Shown: positions 20,416-30,914 of the stretch, piece after piece | Position numbering within the stretch: position 1 is the stretch's first letter | Layout: each line of letters opens with the position of its first letter | Origin: an uncultured Hyphomicrobiales bacterium | Lineage (GTDB): Bacteria > Pseudomonadota > Alphaproteobacteria > Rhizobiales > Xanthobacteraceae | Direction of reading: 5' to 3' | DNA: 64,000 bases | NCBI GenBank assembly: GCA_964456755.1 | Contig: CAYWCE010000004.1 | Location: forward strand, 7,418 to 71,417 | Position numbers and translations under genes: made by a program | Notes under the pieces: model-generated | The model's database searches: none | The model's input: the letters and a program-made list of their open reading frames with translations, nothing else | What the model was told of the DNA's origin: nothing

Positions 20416-21102
20416 ATGTCCCGTCCGCTGCTGATTGCGCCGTCCATCCTGGCTTCGGATTTTGCCCGGCTCGGCGAGGAGGTCCGCGCCATCGACGCCG
20501 CCGGCGCCGACTGGGTGCATGTCGACGTGATGGACGGGCATTTCGTGCCGAACATCACCATCGGCCCGGATATCGTCAAGGCGCTGCGCCCGCACTCGAA
20601 GAAAATCTTCGACGTGCATCTGATGATCGCGCCCTGCGATCCGCATCTCGAAGCCTTCGCCAAAGCCGGCTCCGACATTATCACCGTGCATGTGGAGGCC
20701 GGCCCGCATCTGCATCGTTCGCTGCAGGCGATCCGCGCGCTCGGACGGAAAGCCGGCGTCTCGATCAATCCGGCGACGCCCGTGGAGACGATCGAACACG
20801 TGCTCGACACCGTCGATCTGGTGCTGGCGATGTCGGTCAATCCCGGTTTCGGGGGGCAGGCCTTCATTCCGGCGGTGACGGAAAAAATCGCGCGGCTGCG
20901 TGCCATGATCGGCGCGCGTCCGATCGATATCGAGGTGGACGGCGGCATCACGCCGGACACCGCGCCGCAGGTCGCGCGTGCCGGCGCCAACGTGCTGGTC
21001 GCGGGCTCGGCCGTGTTCCGGGGCGGCAATCCGGACGCCTATCGCGCCAATATCGCGGCGATCCGCAACGCGGCGGCGCTGGCGCGGGGCGAAGCGGCCT
21101 AG
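20416..21102 (+). CDS. rpe: Ribulose-phosphate 3-epimerase
   Basis: [41 protein letters not shown]. Confidence 0.97.
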   Translation: MSRPLLIAPSILASDFARLGEEVRAIDAAGADWVHVDVMDGHFVPNITIGPDIVKALRPHSKKIFDVHLMIAPCDPHLEAFAKAGSDIITVHVEAGPHLHRSLQAIRALGRKAGVSINPATPVETIEHVLDTVDLVLAMSVNPGFGGQAFIPAVTEKIARLRAMIGARPIDIEVDGGITPDTAPQVARAGANVLVAGSAVFRGGNPDAYRANIAAIRNAAALARGEAA

Positions 21103-21112
21103 GTCCGGCCCG

Positions 21113-23158
21113 CTATTGCGGAATGCCCGCCCGCCGCAGGTCGGCGGCGGCCGCCGCCAGCACGCCGGGATCGCGATAGGGTTGCGAGGCGCTCCAGCGC
21201 CCGAGCGTCAGCGCCGCATCGAATTCGCGCACCTCTGCCGCCACGCGACGCGCATCCGCAAGCCAGCCGCAGCGCGCCAGCGCCCCGGTCAGCAGCAGCC
21301 GGCTCTGAATGCCGGCCGGCATAATGCGCAGCGCTTCGCGTGCGGCAATGACGGCGAGATCGGCCATGCCGGCATCGCGATAGGACGCGGCGAGAATTTC
21401 GACGAACCACGGCGGATAGACCGGCATGAAGCGGATGGCGCGCCGCGCATGCACGGCCGCCTGCTGCGGCTCGCCGCAATACAGCAGCACGTTGGCGAGA
21501 AAGCCGTTGGCATTGGAACAGCCGGGACGGATTTCCAGCGCCTGGCTTGCGACCGCGATCGCCTCGTCGAAACGGCGCTGCAACAGGCGCACGTTTCCGA
21601 GCACGGTATGCGCCTGGCCGTCCGCATCCTCCATGGCGACGGCGCGTTCGGCCCATGCGCCGGCCTGCTCGCGCGCCGCAGCCGGATCGGCGGCCCAGCC
21701 GCGCGAGGATTCGAACCACAGGCAGAGCGCCATCCAGGTCGGCCCGAACGGCGAATCCGGCGCAAGCACGACGAGTCGTTCGAAGAACACGCGCGCGCTG
21801 GCAATCGAGTCGCGGTTCATGCGCATGAATGCCTGCACGCCGCGATAGAAGCATTCGCGCGCCTCCGGATCGGTCAGGCATTTGTGCCAGATGCGGGCCT
21901 GTTCGCCGCTGCCGAGCCTGACATTGAGCGCGGTGACGATGCGTTCGGTGATCTCGTCCTGCAGCGAGAAACTTCCATCGAGCACGCGGTCGTAGGTCTC
22001 CGACCACGCGACGGCGCCGGCGACGGCATCGACAAGCTGCAGGCTGACGCGCATGCGCGCGCCCGCGCGCTGCACGATTCCTTCAAGCGCATAGCGCACG
22101 CCGCTGCGGCCGGCGGCCTCGGCGGCCGACCAGCCGCGCATCGCATTGGCGCTGCCGGCGCCGAGCAGAAAAATGCCGGCCATCTTGGTCAACGCATTCT
22201 GCACGTCGATGCGCAGCCCCTCCGCCAGCGCCTCGCTCTCCTCGCGCTCGTCGCCCGCGACCCTGAAAGGCAGAAGCACGATGGAAGGGCGGTTCGGCAG
22301 TTGCAGGTCGAGCGCGTGCAGTTGCGCGGGAAACGGCGCCGGCGGGCCGGCATCGCCGCGATCGTCCAGCTCGAATCCGCCGGCTGGCGCATCCACGATC
22401 TGAATTTGCGCGTCGGCAGGCAGACCGGCCCTGACGCATTCGCTCATCCGGACGGCGTCGGGATGCGCGTTCGTGGCGAGCGCGGCGGCACGCTCCAGCG
22501 CGGTGCCGCACGGCCCCTCCGGACCGTCGGCGAGTTCGCCGCCTGCGACGGCGAACCGGTAATGCACGCGCTGCGCCGCCGGCAGGGAGCGGTTGACGTC
22601 CGCCAGCGCCGCGCGGGCGGCCCCGGAAGCCGATATGGCGCGGGCCGCATCGGCAAAGGCGGCGACGACGGTGTCGCCCTGCACGGTCAGCAGCCGCGCG
22701 CCGCGGTTTTCCAGGCCGGAGGCGACGAGGTCGCGGCCGCGCCGCAGCACGTCGCGCACCGCACCTTCGTCCTCGCCGATCAGCACGCAGGCGGCGCGCG
22801 CCTCGGCGCGCACGACGACCGCCGCATCGCCGGGTTGCGGTGCGCCGTCGTCCTCGCCGACCGCGCCGACGAACCGGAATCCCTTGCGCGGCCATGTGCG
22901 GATCAGCGCCTGAGCCCGCCCGCTGTCGCCGATGGCGCTGCGCGCCGCGTTGATGCGCGTGGTCAGCGCCGAATCGGAGACGATGCGGCCGCCCCAGACC
23001 CCGGCAATGAGATCGTCCTTGCTGACGACGCGATCGCGGTTGCGGATGAGAAAGACGAGGAGATCGAAGACCTGCGGTTCCACTGCGACCAGCGCGGTGC
23101 CGCGCCGAAGCTCGCGGCGCTCTGTGTCGAGAATGCATGCGCCAAACCGATAGGCCAA
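21113..23158 (-). CDS. OmpR/CadC-type winged-HTH regulator with degenerate adenylate-cyclase-like, TolB-like and TPR domains
   Basis: VEPQVFDLLVFLIRNRDRVVSKDDLI...RKGFRFVG; GDTVVAAF; RPSIVLLPF...YALEGIVQRAGARMRVSLQLVD; C-terminal TPR-like helices. Confidence 0.82.
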   Translation of the reverse strand: MAYRFGACILDTERRELRRGTALVAVEPQVFDLLVFLIRNRDRVVSKDDLIAGVWGGRIVSDSALTTRINAARSAIGDSGRAQALIRTWPRKGFRFVGAVGEDDGAPQPGDAAVVVRAEARAACVLIGEDEGAVRDVLRRGRDLVASGLENRGARLLTVQGDTVVAAFADAARAISASGAARAALADVNRSLPAAQRVHYRFAVAGGELADGPEGPCGTALERAAALATNAHPDAVRMSECVRAGLPADAQIQIVDAPAGGFELDDRGDAGPPAPFPAQLHALDLQLPNRPSIVLLPFRVAGDEREESEALAEGLRIDVQNALTKMAGIFLLGAGSANAMRGWSAAEAAGRSGVRYALEGIVQRAGARMRVSLQLVDAVAGAVAWSETYDRVLDGSFSLQDEITERIVTALNVRLGSGEQARIWHKCLTDPEARECFYRGVQAFMRMNRDSIASARVFFERLVVLAPDSPFGPTWMALCLWFESSRGWAADPAAAREQAGAWAERAVAMEDADGQAHTVLGNVRLLQRRFDEAIAVASQALEIRPGCSNANGFLANVLLYCGEPQQAAVHARRAIRFMPVYPPWFVEILAASYRDAGMADLAVIAAREALRIMPAGIQSRLLLTGALARCGWLADARRVAAEVREFDAALTLGRWSASQPYRDPGVLAAAAADLRRAGIPQ

Positions 23159-23312
23159 ACCGTCACCTCCGTGACACTGCGCCGCCTAATGACGGCAACC
23201 GCCTCCCGAGTCCAGATCGCAGGCCGATCTTAAGAAAAAGACAAGATTACCGTAAAGCCGGATCGGGGCGGTCGGCGGCATGGTTCCTGCATCGCAATGC
23301 ACAGGAACGACC

Positions 23313-23780
23313 ATGCAAACGCTGCTCACAGTGCTGATTGCCTGGCTGTCGGTCAATTTCGACCTGCCCGCCGTCGCCGAATTGCCGAAAGTCGAATTCG
23401 TCACGGCGGCGAAAATGGCGGAGGTGCGCTACAGCCGGCTGGGGACGTTGCGGGCGGACCGCGTTCCGGCCGAAGCCGGCCGGACCGCACCGGGCGAACA
23501 GGGCAGCGACGTGTTCGCCATCTACGACGACGTCACCCGCACGATCTATCTGCCCAAAAACTGGACGGGACGGTCGCCCGGAGAAGTCTCGGTGCTGGTG
23601 CACGAACTCGTGCATCACCTGCAGAATGTCGGCCGGCTGGACTACGATTGCGCGGGTGCGCGCGAGCGCCCGGCCTACAAGGCGCAGGCGGGGTGGCTGG
23701 AACTGTTCGGCAGGAACCTGGCCGGCGAGTTCGGCCTCGATCCGATGACCGTGCTGGTGCGCTCAAGCTGCATGCGCTGA
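23313..23780 (+). CDS. Secreted HExxH-motif protein (DUF6647-like)
   Basis: Hydrophobic N-terminus; AIYDD...IYLP..W...SVLVHELVHHLQ...C...E; AGGA RBS. Confidence 0.7.
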   Translation: MQTLLTVLIAWLSVNFDLPAVAELPKVEFVTAAKMAEVRYSRLGTLRADRVPAEAGRTAPGEQGSDVFAIYDDVTRTIYLPKNWTGRSPGEVSVLVHELVHHLQNVGRLDYDCAGARERPAYKAQAGWLELFGRNLAGEFGLDPMTVLVRSSCMR

Positions 23781-23862
23781 CGGCCGGCGCTGAACCTTTC
23801 TGCCGCGGACGGCCACTCAGCCGCAGTCCGGCGGTCCGGACGCCAAATTTTGGGGCTGAGCC

Positions 23863-24639
23863 ATGCACGCTCGTAAACTTATTTGCGCCGCCGTCATCGC
23901 TGCGGCCGCCGCCGTCCATGCCGCGCCCGCGCCGGCCGGCGACGCCGCCGCGCGCCGCGTGATCGGCTTCTCGCCCGACGGGACCGTCTTCGTCTTCGAA
24001 CAATCCACCATGATCTACGAGGACGATGCGGCCTTCTCCGAATATGTCGCGATCGACACGCGCACCGACAAATACCTGCCCGGCACGCCGGTCCGGGTAT
24101 TGCTGCGCGGCGACGACGGCCTCGACGCCGGCAAGGCACAGGAACAGGCGGCCAGGAAGGCTGAGCCGATCCTGAAAAAGTACAAGGTCGGCGACAACGG
24201 CACGCATATCGCGGGCAAGCCGTCGATGGATCTCGACGACGGCGGAATCTACCAGATGGGTGCGGAGCCGATGTCCAAGACGCTCGACTTCACGCTGCCG
24301 GACGGGCGCAAGGCACGGCTTGCCGTCGCCGACAGGCCGCTCGGCAGCGCCGTCTGCGAGGGCTATGGCGGGCGCGGCATGAAGGGCAAGGCGGAAGTCG
24401 CCGGGCTGAAACTCACGCTGCAGATTGCCGGCGCGCCGGCCGTCGTCATGCAGGAGGACAAGGCGCTGCCGGCAAGCCGCAAATGCGCCGCCGAATACGG
24501 CATCGCGGAAGCCTGGCTGCACAAGGCTGCGGACGGCACGGTCACCCTCGCCGCCATGATCGAATATGCCGACAACCACGATTACCATGCCGGCCCCAAC
24601 CGCCGGTTCATGGCAGTAACGAAGCGCCTGGCGCGCTGA
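23863..24639 (+). CDS. Secreted protein, DUF2259-like
   Basis: Signal peptide, AGDAA...IGFSPDG..FVFEQ, AIDTRTDKYLPGTPVRV, C-terminal GPNRRFMAV; upstream of purB. Confidence 0.7.
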   Translation: MHARKLICAAVIAAAAAVHAAPAPAGDAAARRVIGFSPDGTVFVFEQSTMIYEDDAAFSEYVAIDTRTDKYLPGTPVRVLLRGDDGLDAGKAQEQAARKAEPILKKYKVGDNGTHIAGKPSMDLDDGGIYQMGAEPMSKTLDFTLPDGRKARLAVADRPLGSAVCEGYGGRGMKGKAEVAGLKLTLQIAGAPAVVMQEDKALPASRKCAAEYGIAEAWLHKAADGTVTLAAMIEYADNHDYHAGPNRRFMAVTKRLAR

Positions 24640-24737
24640 TCGGCGGGCACGGTCGAACACGGATCCCGCCTGCGGCGGGCCGCATTGCCGGCCTGCCGCG
24701 CCTCTGGTACAGGCCGCGCTGAGCCGCAGAGGTGCGC

Positions 24738-26039
24738 ATGATTCCCCGCTATTCCCGCCCCGAAATGACCGCGGTCTGGTCGCCGCAAACGCGCTTTCGC
24801 ATCTGGTTCGAAATCGAGGCGCACGCTGCGGACGCCATGGTCGAACTCGGCATCGTCCCCAAGGACGCAGCGAAGACGATCTGGGACAAAGGCGGCAAGG
24901 CGACCTTCGACATTGCGCGCATCGAGGCCATCGAGGCCGAGACCAAACACGACGTCATCGCCTTCCTGACGCATCTGGCCGAAATCGTCGGTCCCGAAGC
25001 GCGTTTCGTGCACCAGGGCATGACTTCCTCGGACGTACTCGACACCTGCTTCAACGTGCAGCTTGTGCGCGCCGCCGACATTCTCTCAGCCGATCTCGAC
25101 CGCCTGCTCGCCGCGCTGAAGGCGCGCGCCTTCGAACACAGGATGACGCCGACCATCGGCCGCTCGCACGGCATCCATGCCGAGCCGACCACTTTCGGGC
25201 TCAAGCTGGCGCAGGCCTATGCCGAATTCGCGCGCGCGCGCGAGCGCCTGCTCGCAGCACGCAGGGAAGTCGCCACCTGCGCCATTTCCGGTGCGGTCGG
25301 CACCTTCGCGCAGGTCGACCCGCGCGTGGAGGAATATGTGGCGAAAGCGATGGGGCTTGCGGTCGAGCCCGTCTCCACGCAGGTGATCCCGCGCGACCGG
25401 CACGCGATGTATTTTGCGACGCTCGCCGTCGTCGCCTCCTCGCTCGAACGGCTTGCCACCGAAATCCGTCACCTGCAGCGCACCGAGGTGCTGGAAGCCG
25501 AGGAATTTTTCGCCGCGGGGCAGAAAGGCTCCTCCGCCATGCCGCACAAGCGCAACCCGGTTCTGTCGGAGAATCTGACCGGGCTGGCGCGCATGGTGCG
25601 CGCCTATGCGCTGCCGGCGCTGGAGAATGTGGCGCTGTGGCATGAGCGCGACATCTCGCATTCCTCGGTCGAGCGCATGATCGGACCCGACGCCACGGTC
25701 ACGCTCGATTTCGCGCTCAACCGGCTCGCCGGCGTAATCGAAAAGCTCGGGGTCTATCCTGCGAACATGCAGAAAAATCTCGACCGCCTCGGCGGCCTGG
25801 TGCATTCGCAGCGCGTCCTGCTGGCGCTGACGCAGAAAGGCGTCGCGCGCGAGGACGCCTACCGCATCGTGCAGGACAATGCGATGAAGGTCTGGCGCGG
25901 AGAGGGCGATTTCCTGTCCTTCCTGAAGGCCGACCCGCGCGTCGCCGGAAAGCTGAGCGACAAGGAGATCGAGGCGAATTTCGACCTCGCCCACCATTTC
26001 AGGCACGTGGATACGATCTTCCGGCGCGTGTTCGGCTAG
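24738..26039 (+). CDS. purB: Adenylosuccinate lyase
   Basis: MIPRYSRP, TKHDVIAF, GRSHGIHAEPTTFG, GSSAMPHKRNP, WHERDISHSS. Confidence 0.97.
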   Translation: MIPRYSRPEMTAVWSPQTRFRIWFEIEAHAADAMVELGIVPKDAAKTIWDKGGKATFDIARIEAIEAETKHDVIAFLTHLAEIVGPEARFVHQGMTSSDVLDTCFNVQLVRAADILSADLDRLLAALKARAFEHRMTPTIGRSHGIHAEPTTFGLKLAQAYAEFARARERLLAARREVATCAISGAVGTFAQVDPRVEEYVAKAMGLAVEPVSTQVIPRDRHAMYFATLAVVASSLERLATEIRHLQRTEVLEAEEFFAAGQKGSSAMPHKRNPVLSENLTGLARMVRAYALPALENVALWHERDISHSSVERMIGPDATVTLDFALNRLAGVIEKLGVYPANMQKNLDRLGGLVHSQRVLLALTQKGVAREDAYRIVQDNAMKVWRGEGDFLSFLKADPRVAGKLSDKEIEANFDLAHHFRHVDTIFRRVFG

Positions 26040-26302
26040 ACCGACATGGCGGTCCTCTCGTTCGTCGGCGCCGGATGCCCGACGATTTTGCCGGCGCGGG
26101 CCGGCGCGCGGCCCTGCCATCGCCTTGCGCGCGCAGGCGCTCGACCGTCTGTTGCCTGGCCGAGCGCATCATCGGCGGAGTGCACGCCGTGCGGACGCGG
26201 TTGTCCACCCCCATCCACAGCTATCCCCCGCACGGTATTTGCCTGCCGCACGGGCCGGCCCTAGCGTCGTCGGAACAGCGATTCGCGCCACGGGAGGATC
26301 CG

Positions 26303-26875
26303 ATGGGCCGACTGGTTCGCGTTCCCAAACAGGTCAATGCCGACCTGTCGATTGCCGGCGTCGTCGAAGGCATGCTCAATCCGGGACTGGCCGGACTGCA
26401 GCCGCAACCCAAGGTGACCATCGTCGAGGACAGCTATCTCGAGCGCGTCGCCAAATATGTGCCCGCCGAGGTGCTCGCTTTTTCCGTCTTCATCAACGCC
26501 ATTCTCGACCAGGCGATGAAGACCGGCGGCCCCTCCGCGGTGATGGCCGGCGTGCCGGTGTCGACCATTGCCATCGTGGCGCTGCTCGCGACCGTGGCGA
26601 TCACGCCGTTCTTCGTCTGGTATGTGCGCGAGGATGGCGATGCGTGGATCACCAATGCGGTGATGTCGACGCTGGTATTCCCGTTCTGGGCCTATGCGCT
26701 CGGCGCACCCGCCTTCGCCGAGATGCGCGACGGCAATCTCGCCGCCATGCTGCTCGCCAGCGTGTCGGTGGCGAGCGGCCTGGTGCGCCCGCGGGTGCCG
26801 CGTCCGAAGAAGGAAGCCAGGGCGAGCGCGGCTGCGCCCGAACGCCCCCATCTCATCGACTCGCTGGCGAGTTGA
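26303..26875 (+). CDS. Hypothetical membrane protein
   Basis: GGAGG RBS before ATG 26303; DSYLERVAKYVPAEV followed by about four TM segments. Confidence 0.7.
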   Translation: MGRLVRVPKQVNADLSIAGVVEGMLNPGLAGLQPQPKVTIVEDSYLERVAKYVPAEVLAFSVFINAILDQAMKTGGPSAVMAGVPVSTIAIVALLATVAITPFFVWYVREDGDAWITNAVMSTLVFPFWAYALGAPAFAEMRDGNLAAMLLASVSVASGLVRPRVPRPKKEARASAAAPERPHLIDSLAS

Positions 26876-26887
26876 CGGGACGGCCGG

Positions 26888-27250
26888 TCAGCCGTCGCCG
26901 GCGAAGACGAGCCCGTCGTCGCGGCGCAGAAAGCGGCCGCTCACCGTCTGCTGCAGCGGTCCGCTGGCGAGGCCGACCTCGACGGCGAAGCTGCAGACAT
27001 GTTCGCGCAATTCGTCGCGCTCGCAGCGCAGCTTGCGGAATGCGGTAACCTCGAAACGGTCCATGCCGCCCGCGCGGATGGTGCGGACGGCTTCGTCGCC
27101 GCCGCTTTCCCGGGCGAATTCGAGCGCATTGCGCACCTGCAGGTCGAGCGCGCGCTCGAAGGCCGCGCGCATCTGCGTCTCGGAAGGCTCATCGCCGAGG
27201 CTCGCCGCGAAGGCGCCGACGGCGACGAGCGGAATGACCCAGATTTTCAT
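26888..27250 (-). CDS. Hypothetical exported protein
   Basis: Signal-like N-terminus; EPSETQMRAAF, FRKLRC, HVCSFAVEV. Confidence 0.65.
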   Translation of the reverse strand: MKIWVIPLVAVGAFAASLGDEPSETQMRAAFERALDLQVRNALEFARESGGDEAVRTIRAGGMDRFEVTAFRKLRCERDELREHVCSFAVEVGLASGPLQQTVSGRFLRRDDGLVFAGDG

Positions 27251-27453
27251 CGTCTCGTCTTTCCGCGCTCCGTCCCGCTTTTACGTCTACAGCAAGTTCT
27301 TTGCGGGGACGTTCCGCCGGCCGGTACAATTTTACGCAATCGGGCGGCCTTGCCTCGCCGCCGACGCTGCCGCAGATTTCCGGCGGGCCGGGAGACAAAT
27401 CCAGTGACAAGAACCGCCGTCTCGCCCGCCACCCCGGCGGAACGAGGCCGATC

Positions 27454-28065
27454 ATGACTGCAGGAAAACGCCCGAAGACGCCGGGCCGGCTAAAGGCTGC
27501 CGCGTTGGCACCGCGGCTCGGCGACGTCGCGGAAAAGGCAATGACCGCACAGCAACGCGCGCTGCTCGACGACATCCGCAGCACGCGCGGAAAAGGAACG
27601 GCGGGCGGACCGTTCGCGGTGTTCCTGCACGCGCCCGAATACGGCAATCTCGCACAGAAGCTCGGCGCGCATTGCCGCTACAGGACCGCCGTGCCGCAAC
27701 GGCTGTCCGAATTCGCCATTCTCGCGATCGCGCGGCACTGGCGGGCGCAATACGAATGGTATGCGCATTCGAAAATCGCAGAGAAAGCGGGCGTGCGGCC
27801 CGATACGATCCGGGATCTGCAGGCCGGCCGCAGGCCGCGGCGGGCGCCCGCGGACGAGCGGGCGATCTACGATTTCATCGCCGAATTGCATAAGACGCGG
27901 CGCGTGTCCGATGCGGCCTACCGGCGCGTGCACGCCATGCTCGGCGATGCCGGCATGGTCGAGTTCGCCGGCATCCTCGGCTATTACACGCTGATCTCGA
28001 TCACGCTGAACGTGTTCCGCGTGCCGCTGCCCGAGGGCGAAAAATTGCCGTTCCGCGAGGGGTAA
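27454..28065 (+). CDS. Carboxymuconolactone decarboxylase/AhpD-family protein
   Basis: GGPFAVFLHAP, EFAILAIARHW.AQYEWYAH, GILGYY. Confidence 0.82.
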   Translation: MTAGKRPKTPGRLKAAALAPRLGDVAEKAMTAQQRALLDDIRSTRGKGTAGGPFAVFLHAPEYGNLAQKLGAHCRYRTAVPQRLSEFAILAIARHWRAQYEWYAHSKIAEKAGVRPDTIRDLQAGRRPRRAPADERAIYDFIAELHKTRRVSDAAYRRVHAMLGDAGMVEFAGILGYYTLISITLNVFRVPLPEGEKLPFREG

Positions 28066-28125
28066 GGTTCCGCCCGCGTTTTCGCCGGCGGCAGGGACGA
28101 TCGTCCGGCGGGCTCCGTACGGCGC

Positions 28126-29043
28126 TTACGCCACCCGCCCGACCGGCTGATCGGAATTCTCACCGCCCTGATGCAGCGATCGCGCGCGATTGTTGCGCTG
28201 GTTGAGCAGCGCAATGAAACGCTCCTTCGGCATCGGCGGGGCCAGCAGGACGCCCTGGCCGAAATCGCAGCGCATCACCTGCAGCGCCTGCAGGTCGGAG
28301 ACGCTTTCGATGCCTTCCGCCACCGCCTTGCTGCCGAAACGGTGGGCGAGATCGATCGCGGTCTGACAGATCGCGCCGTTGGTTCCTTCGGTCGCGCAGT
28401 CCTTGACGAAGGTATGGTCGATTTTCAGTTCGGCGAAGGGCAGTTCGCGCAGCGAGGCCAGCGAGGAATAGCCGCCGCCGAAATCGTCGATGGCGACGGA
28501 TACGCCGGACACCTTGAGCTGGCGGGCGATTTCCTGCGCCAGCTTGATGTCGCGCACGATCTGGTCCTCGGTGACTTCCACCATCAGGCCGGGCCAGTGA
28601 TCGTCGAGCGGGCGGTTTTCGCGCACCAGCGTCGGCACCGGCAGGCGCAGCAGCGCACTGACCGGGACGTTGATGGCCAGATGCAGATTGTATCCGGCGG
28701 CGTCGAAGGTGTTCCAGTCGAACAACGTCGTCAGCAGCGCATGCTCGGTCAGATGCGCAAGGCTGTCGTCGTCGATGCCGTTAAGAAACTGTCCGGGCAG
28801 CAGCAGCCCGAGATTGGGATGATGAATGCGGGCGAGCGCCTCCGCGCCGGCCAGACATTTGCGCTTGAGATCGATTTTCGGCTGATACCAGATTTCCAGC
28901 CAGTTCTCGCGCAGCGCCTGCTCGACGTTGATCTGCGGCGGCTGGCCGCGCATCGATTCGACGAGCCAGCCGCGCTCGTCGTCGCCCATCTGGTCGAGCG
29001 GACCGGACCAATGCCTTGGGTCTTCTGCGTAGTGCGTCGCCAT
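28126..29043 (-). CDS. Stand-alone EAL-domain c-di-GMP phosphodiesterase
   Basis: YQPK, EALAR, AINV, EVTE, DDFGGGYSS, ELKID, AEGIE and GQG motifs all present. Confidence 0.9.
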   Translation of the reverse strand: MATHYAEDPRHWSGPLDQMGDDERGWLVESMRGQPPQINVEQALRENWLEIWYQPKIDLKRKCLAGAEALARIHHPNLGLLLPGQFLNGIDDDSLAHLTEHALLTTLFDWNTFDAAGYNLHLAINVPVSALLRLPVPTLVRENRPLDDHWPGLMVEVTEDQIVRDIKLAQEIARQLKVSGVSVAIDDFGGGYSSLASLRELPFAELKIDHTFVKDCATEGTNGAICQTAIDLAHRFGSKAVAEGIESVSDLQALQVMRCDFGQGVLLAPPMPKERFIALLNQRNNRARSLHQGGENSDQPVGRVA

Positions 29044-29219
29044 CGGTTTCTCGTCAGGCTCCCCCGTCCGCGCGACATTGTCGCACAGGTCTTAAACTTT
29101 GGTGTTTTCGGTGTTCCGAATTCCGCTGCGGCGCGGCGCGGGGAGGTATCGCTTGGCCGCGCCGGGCCACGTGGCTAACGAATGGTGAATCGGACGCAGG
29201 CGCAGTCGCGAGCAACGCC

Positions 29220-30914
29220 CTATTGCGAGGGCGGATAGAGCGCGATCAACCGTGTCTGCGCCAGCAGATGTCCGAGGAAGGCGGCGGTCGGCGACGGCGA
29301 GAAGTCGCGCGCACGGTTGCGCGCTCCGATCGCAAACAGCAGGCGCTGCTCCTGCCACAGACGGCGGTAGGTGCGCCAGACCGGCAGGGCCGGATCCCAG
29401 GCATCGATCGCCTCGCCGCCGATGCCGTTGATTTCCACGATCCGGAATCCGTCGCCGCGACGCAGCGCATCCATGCTGCTGAAGCGCAGATCGAAGCGGC
29501 CATAATGGAATTCGGTCATCGAGCGTGCGATCTCGTCGAAGCGCTCCTGCATCGCCGCCGTAATCTCGTTCGACGCATCGAAATAAAGGCCGCCTGCGCG
29601 CTGGTTGCCGATCAGCGCGAGCTGCACAGTTTCGCCCGCGGACGGCACGCGTTGCAGATCGTCCGCGCTCAAGCCGCGATGCGTGGGATCGCAGCCCAGA
29701 TGCAGCGCCGCCTTCCAGCGCGCGCGCGGATCGCGCCGGATCAGCTCGCGCAGGCTCGTGCGCCCGTCGCCGGTCACCTGCGGCAATTGCCGCAGCGTCA
29801 GCGAGCGGATGCGACCGCGCGGCTCTCCCGGCATGCGGGCATAGAGCACGGCGGCCTCGTGCGGCCATTCGACAAAGTGCTGCAGGATCAGCTTCACGCC
29901 CACCGGATAGCGCGCAAGATAGGCGGCAAGCGCCGCCGCGCCGTCGATGCGCCGCACGGCGTAGCCGTGCCAGCCGATGTCGGGTTTGGCCACCAGCGGA
30001 AAGCGCAGGCGCTTCTCGTCGAGCAGGGCGAGCGCGCGGCCCAGTCCGCAATCGCGCTCGGCCGGCGCACGCGCGAATACGGCATAGGCGGCGACGCTGT
30101 CGCGCAGTCGCAGCGCCATGTCTTCGAAATAATCGCTTTTGGATTCGCCCCACATGCCGCCGGTGGGAATGGCGGGATTGGCCGCGCTCGGCAATGTCAG
30201 GCTGCGGTGACGGATGCCGAGCGCGATCCAGCTCAGGAGCAGCGGCGCATAGAACAGCAGGGGCGGAATGCGTTCGGCCCGCGCAACGGGACGCGGGCCC
30301 TCCGGGCCGGCGCGCAGCTCCCCTGCAGATACGTCCGCGGCGCTGCCTTCGGACAATGCGAACACGCGCTTGCGCAGGACGCCGAAAGCGACGAGCGCGA
30401 CGAGCAGAAGCGGCCAGGTCCACAGTCCGGCGACGTGGTCGAGAGCCGCGCCGAAATAAATCGCCAGCAGCAGGGTCAGCGGAAGATAGACGGCGGAGAC
30501 GGCCAGGCTAGCGAGGGTGAAGCGCGACAGCGGCACGCGCGCCCAGCCGCAGGCGACGAAGGCGATGAACACGACGCCCGGAACGAAGCGGCAAATCGCA
30601 ACCAGCGCGAACACGTTGCGCTTGAGCGTCTCGCTGAAACGCCGCACGCGCGCATCGGCATAGCGTCGCAGAAACGGCAGCCGGCGCGCGCCGACGCCGA
30701 GCCCGTAAAGCGCGAAGTCGCTGGCGACGATGCCGCCGTAAATCCCGATTGCGACCAGCGAGGCCGGCATCAGATTGTTGTTGATGATGTAGGCGCCGGC
30801 GACGATCGCCAGATCCTCGTGTGCAAACGGTAGCACGATCAGCGACGCCAGTTGCACGATCCACGACAGATCGGCGCCGTCTGCCGACGGCAGGCCCGCA
30901 GCCAAGCCCCCCAC
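29220..30914 (-). CDS. DedA/VTT membrane domain fused to an ATP-grasp (D-Ala-D-Ala ligase-like) domain
   Basis: PFAHED, SDFALYGLG, RFVPG (DedA); ANPAIPTGGMWGESK, FPLVAKPDIG, GRFDLRF, IVEING (ATP-grasp). Start uncertain: GTG 30914 chosen, ORF open to 31232. Confidence 0.75.
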   Translation of the reverse strand: MGGLAAGLPSADGADLSWIVQLASLIVLPFAHEDLAIVAGAYIINNNLMPASLVAIGIYGGIVASDFALYGLGVGARRLPFLRRYADARVRRFSETLKRNVFALVAICRFVPGVVFIAFVACGWARVPLSRFTLASLAVSAVYLPLTLLLAIYFGAALDHVAGLWTWPLLLVALVAFGVLRKRVFALSEGSAADVSAGELRAGPEGPRPVARAERIPPLLFYAPLLLSWIALGIRHRSLTLPSAANPAIPTGGMWGESKSDYFEDMALRLRDSVAAYAVFARAPAERDCGLGRALALLDEKRLRFPLVAKPDIGWHGYAVRRIDGAAALAAYLARYPVGVKLILQHFVEWPHEAAVLYARMPGEPRGRIRSLTLRQLPQVTGDGRTSLRELIRRDPRARWKAALHLGCDPTHRGLSADDLQRVPSAGETVQLALIGNQRAGGLYFDASNEITAAMQERFDEIARSMTEFHYGRFDLRFSSMDALRRGDGFRIVEINGIGGEAIDAWDPALPVWRTYRRLWQEQRLLFAIGARNRARDFSPSPTAAFLGHLLAQTRLIALYPPSQ

